Made by a program: the position numbers and the translations under genes. The notes under the pieces were generated by a model. It was not told the DNA's origin, ran no database searches, and was given only the letters and a program-made list of their open reading frames with translations. A stretch of 63,051 nt of DNA, counting the filler, from Olpidium bornovanus S191 (Eukaryota; Fungi; Olpidiomycota), in assembly GCA_017911155.1 (NCBI GenBank). It is 28 parts of 28 records of this genome, joined end to end, with 100 filler letters (N's around TTAATTAATTAA, not from the genome) between each part and the next. Parts side by side here need not be neighbours in the genome. Positions count along the whole stretch, not along the records: positions 58,571 to 61,442 come from JAEFCI010005380.1; positions 61,543 to 63,051 come from JAEFCI010007327.1; 26 more parts are not named here. One strand, written 5' to 3'. Shown here piece after piece: positions 58,976-63,051 of the stretch; within the stretch, counting starts at the first letter, position 1, and each line of letters opens with the position of its first letter.

Positions 58976-60309
58976 AATCGGGTGCGGAAATTTTTTTCTA
59001 AAAATAGGAAAGAAGTTGCCGCCTATCGATGCCGGTGCGGAATGGCGGAACGGGGCCACGTGACCCGGGTTCTCGGGACGCCCGGGGATACAGCTGGAGA
59101 GGCCAAGTGGCCACTGATCTGGGCATGTTGCGGAGTTGCCTCCTGCCGAGCACCAATCTCCAGCATTCGTGCCGACGAGCGAGAAGACCCAGCAAGAGAT
59201 GGTGCACCCATACCCGCGGGAATGGGGATAGGCCCGTCGCCCATCTCCGCGGCATCGGGCCCCGGCGTCGACGACGAGTATGTTGCCGGGCCCTGCCGCT
59301 GCCCCGGGATAATCCTCACTGAGGCACGAATCACGAGCTGATCGAGCGCTCGTGGAGGCGCGGGTTTGCGCCGGCCCCCTCCCACCACGTAGTCGGTGCG
59401 ACGCTTGGTGCAACCGGCGCAGGAGAGTCATAGTTATCCCTGCACCTCTTCGAAGCACCGGACGAGAGGTCTTCGCTCACTAATGATTCCCTAAATGGAG
59501 CAACCGTGGATGATCCCGACCATAGATCCCGATCCCTCAACCGAGGAGAGTCACGCATACTGTAAAATGCACTCGTCGGTCACGTGATCGAATTTCCCTT
59601 CGCAAGGGCGCGGCGCGACGCTCTGTCCCAATCGCAGACGCAAACCAAACAACGCATAATTTGGCCCCATCTACCCCGTCGTTGGCTCCAGTCATTGTTT
59701 TGGCTTGTACCTCTCGTTACAACAGGTGGCAAGTTATATAAAGGAGGAGAAAAAACAAAAAAAACGATGGTCGCGAAGAGCCAGAGCAAGGGAATGTCTT
59801 GAGCCGCCGCCGCTGCGCCAGGGCGTGCGGTACTGGAAGATGAGGGGAAGGGGAGAGAAGGGGAGAGGAAGAAATCCGCGCTCGCAAAGGTCGCCCAGTT
59901 CGCCCCTGCCAAATGTTTTACAAAATGTAAGGCAAATTGCTAACTTTCTCACTGTTTTTTCACCGAGTGTCCCCCCCAACAAGTACATCGAGGGAAAAAA
60001 AAAACCAGATTTAAGGCAACATTCTTGCCTTAAAATGACGTGCAAAGATCAGTTCCAGGGAACAGTGAAAAAGAAAAAAGAAGGAAAGCCGATCAAAGCT
60101 TTCCCCGTTCATCTGGCATATAACCAGAGGGATCAACGATAGGTCCGCTCGACGTTCCCCGATGATAACAAAAAAAGGAGGGAAAGGAGAGGAAAGTGCG
60201 TGCTATTTGCCGCGCAGATTCCTCGAAGAGGAAATGTCAAGAAATACATCCGACCGCAGAGCGGCTCCTCACTCATGGTTCACCCCGAGACGTGTCGGGC
60301 TTTTATGTA

Positions 60310-61401
60310 TCAGCAGGCGCTGCCATCTTTATGCCGGTCCTCCCGAGAAACGTCCACGTCCCTCTTGACGGCATCTTTGATGTGGTCGAGATTGCGCACC
60401 TAAAGCGACGGTCGTTAACGTAAACTGCTTCACCAGTACACTTAAAGCGTCCGTTGAATCATGCCGCGCAACAGAACGCGCTACAAGACTGAGATCAAAA
60501 CAGCCAACCGTGGATCAAATAAAAAAAGATGCGGGTCTCATACCTTGTCTTCGAGCTCGTCAATAAGGTCGTTGATGTTGGCCTCTTCGCGGGCCTGAGC
60601 AGAGTGAAGGACCTCGGCGGAGACGGGCGAGCCTGGCCGGCGATTTTGCGGACTGCCGGCATTCGGAGAGAATGAAGCGGCGAACTGAGAGACAGCGATG
60701 GCGCGGTATTTGACGTCAGCAAAAGCGGATGAAGGTCACGGCTGCAAGCACCTGTCGCGGGCCGCCCGAATTACCTTGTCCTCGGCGGCATCGATGCTCT
60801 CGTTTAACGAGACCGCGACGCGCTTGGCGTAATTATCAGTCTGAAGAGTCACGAAGATCCGATTTAGAATCCCGCAAAAAAATAACGTTGCGCTTTAGTT
60901 GCGCCAGGTGGAAAAGGCGGGGGAGAGGAGAAGAGAAAGAGAATGGAGAACGTTAATGGAATGCGCGTACAGGCAACGCCTACTTTGTCTGCGGAATTCT
61001 TGGCAGATTGCTTGGCCCGATGAGCGGAGCTCTGGGCCTGTCCTGCCAGTTCCTTCTCCTGCTCCCCGGCATTTCCGGCGAGGTCGCGCGCCTTTTCCTT
61101 AATGTCCCTGGCGGCCTGGCGGGCACGGTCCTGTACTCGCTCGCTCTCCTGCTCGAAGATTCCGGCAGCCATGTTAAGCGGCCCATCGGTTCTACGGGAC
61201 GCCTCTTTGGGGGCGCTCTGTATCTTGTCCGAAAGTTTTTCAGCAAAGCCGGCGGCGACGTTCTCGGCGGTGCGAGCCTCGTCCTTGGCGCCGCCGGCGA
61301 GGTCGCGGCCGCTGGAGCGCGCCTCGCGGCCGGCTTCCCGGAGCTGTCGCTTGGCACGCTGGGCGAGGTTTCCGTCTTGGCTCTTGGGTTGGGCGGGGCA
61401 G

Positions 61402-61442
<41 letters not shown>
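60310..61442 (-). CDS. LEA/hydrophilin-like protein; multi-exon, 5' partial
   Basis: AQRAKRQLREAGREARSSGRDLAGGAKDEA...QESERVQDRARQAARDIKEKARDLAGNAGEQ...SADK|TDNYAKRVAVSLNESIDAAEDK|...DLIDELEDK|VRNLDHIKDAVKRD...C*: A/K/E/D/Q/R-rich amphipathic repeats with GT-AG introns. Confidence 0.55.
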
Positions 61443-62271
61443 NNNNNNNNNNNNNNNNNNNNNNNNNNNNNNNNNNNNNNNNNNNNTTAATTAATTAANN
61501 NNNNNNNNNNNNNNNNNNNNNNNNNNNNNNNNNNNNNNNNNNGGAAGGCCGCTCTCATGAGTAAAAGTTACTCACCTAGCGAGGGAAACGGGAACGGTTT
61601 CGACGTCCCTGGGCACCCTCCGTTTTTGAGATGATCGGCAGAGGTCCCGCATGATATTTCATGATATGAGTTCGCACGTGGCAATATATCACGACTCGTC
61701 GACGTCCGACGAAGCCGCGATCAGAAAAGTCGGGCGTCCGCTTATAAGCGGATAACGTGGAGGCTTAGCGGTATTGTCTGGGTGCTCCTCCGTTTCGCAC
61801 ACAGAAACATCTTGCCGTCGCCGCCGTGCCCCCGACAGACGCAGCCAACTTGCAGCACGAGGGCGATAATCGCGCCTGCCGCCGAACTTCAGCGGAGCCG
61901 CCTGTGCCGGCGTCGCTCCCGCGGGGCGCACCGGTAGGCGGCAGCGCGTGGCCGCGAGTCGGAGGCGAAGGATGCCCCAACCACGGTATTATCTGATTTG
62001 AGGCTGCCGCGGTGGCCCCAGCTCTCCGGCCACTGGGTTCATCCCGGAGCGGGGGAGAGGTCTGTTGCCGGCCAAAACCCGCACCCGCCGCACCCGCCCC
62101 GCCGCACCCGGGCCTCCAAGCCGACCGCACCGCGCGACGCAGGAGGAGTCGCGAAAAACGGAAGGGGCAAGGCGGAAACCGGGAGCGTCCGGCCTTCGGG
62201 AAAAAAAAAAAAAAAAAACACAACCTCGACACGCACCGCCGCCCCGAAATCCCTCCCGAAAGGCAAAAGAT

Positions 62272-63031
62272 ATGCCGCCCAAGGCAGCCAACGCCCCTGC
62301 CGGCCCGACCGCCGGTACGCCCCTCCGATCCCCTGCCCGCTCGCCCGCTTCGCTTGCGCCGTAAGGCCGGGACTCCAATTTGTGCCCGAGTCCCTTCCCC
62401 CCGCCCCGCCCCCGCCACCTTTTTTGCCTTGTGGATGCAAGAGACACGCTGCTTCCCCCCGACCCCCCGCCGGAGCCTTCGCGCTCTCTCCTGTTCCGCG
62501 CGGCTCCGACGTGTTTCTCCGCTTGTCGTTCAAAGTCCCAGTTCTTGATCCGCCCACTCCCTCTGCCGCTTTTCTCTATTCCGAGAAGAGAAGAAGCCTG
62601 TCGCTTCCGCCGCGGGCAAGGCTCCAACTAAGACCGCCACCAGCACCGAGAAGAAGGAGGGCAAGGGGAAGAAAAAGGCTGTGCGCAGGGAGGGGGGTAT
62701 TTTCACGACCTATTCGGCCCTAAGCGCGCACGTAACGTGCCCTGCGCAGTATGCAGTCATTCTCCGGCCAAAGCCCGTGTGGTGGTGTTGGCATCGGTGA
62801 AAAGGGCATCCCGCTTTCACGTCTTATTTATCTTTTGCGCTTTGTTTCACTCCAGACCTATAGCACGTATATCTACCGGGTGCTTAAGCAGGCGAGTCTT
62901 CCCGTGTGCTGTCTCAGCTTTCTTCTAGAGAGCAGCATACTAACCTGTGTTAAATCATACGTCCGGCAGGTGCATCCGGACACTGGCATTTCCAACAAGG
63001 CTATGTCCATTTTAAATTCGTTTGTCAACGG
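62272..63031 (+). CDS. HTB1: Histone H2B; multi-exon, 3' partial
   Basis: [14 protein letters not shown]|[13 protein letters not shown]...[11 protein letters not shown]...|[12 protein letters not shown]|[20 protein letters not shown]. The boundary at the end of exon 2 is ambiguous. Confidence 0.97.
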
Positions 63032-63051
63032 TGGGTTGCCCGTGGACATGA

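Noticed and set aside
61543-62270. Divergent histone H2A gene expected upstream of H2B
   Set aside because: No H2A motifs (SRSSKAGLQFPVGR, AGNAARDNKK) were found in any minus-strand frame.

Overview
This is not contiguous DNA. It is a pseudomolecule of 28 short (about 1-7 kb) contigs joined by 27 artificial 100-nt linkers (N44-TTAATTAATTAA-N44, which stops all six frames), so adjacency across linkers means nothing and most genes are partial. The DNA is GC-rich and eukaryotic, with many short spliceosomal introns and long homopolymer tracts. Gene content points to a fungus: homoaconitase of the alpha-aminoadipate lysine pathway, an HR1-type PKC1 N-terminus and a Whi5/Nrm1 motif. A weakly assigned CCDC17-like protein hints at an early-diverging, possibly zoosporic lineage such as Olpidium; this is inference, not a database result. 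Recognisable genes are anoctamin, an Rpr2/Rpp21-like protein, SGT1, a DEAD-box helicase, IML2/TTC39, HisRS, PKC1, ceramide synthase, endonuclease V, UPF3, a Whi5-like protein, a GSI-like glutamine synthetase, a PH-FYVE protein, Argonaute, an HGGG-motif esterase, LYS4, a RhoGAP, an LEA-like protein and histone H2B. There are also two intronless secreted orphan proteins, three Ty1/Copia relics and three Ty3/Gypsy-type gag or gag-protease relics. I found no rRNA, tRNA or CRISPR array, and I cannot demonstrate a complete new system. The best leads are a telomere-repeat-capped gag/-1 frameshift/protease fragment, a Whi5-like repressor in a probable early-diverging fungus, candidate secreted effectors, a rearranged gag with an inverted internal segment, a MITE-like inverted-repeat element, and a strong enrichment of CATG at contig ends (a library artefact). 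All family assignments come from motif recognition by eye, and exon boundaries are approximate.
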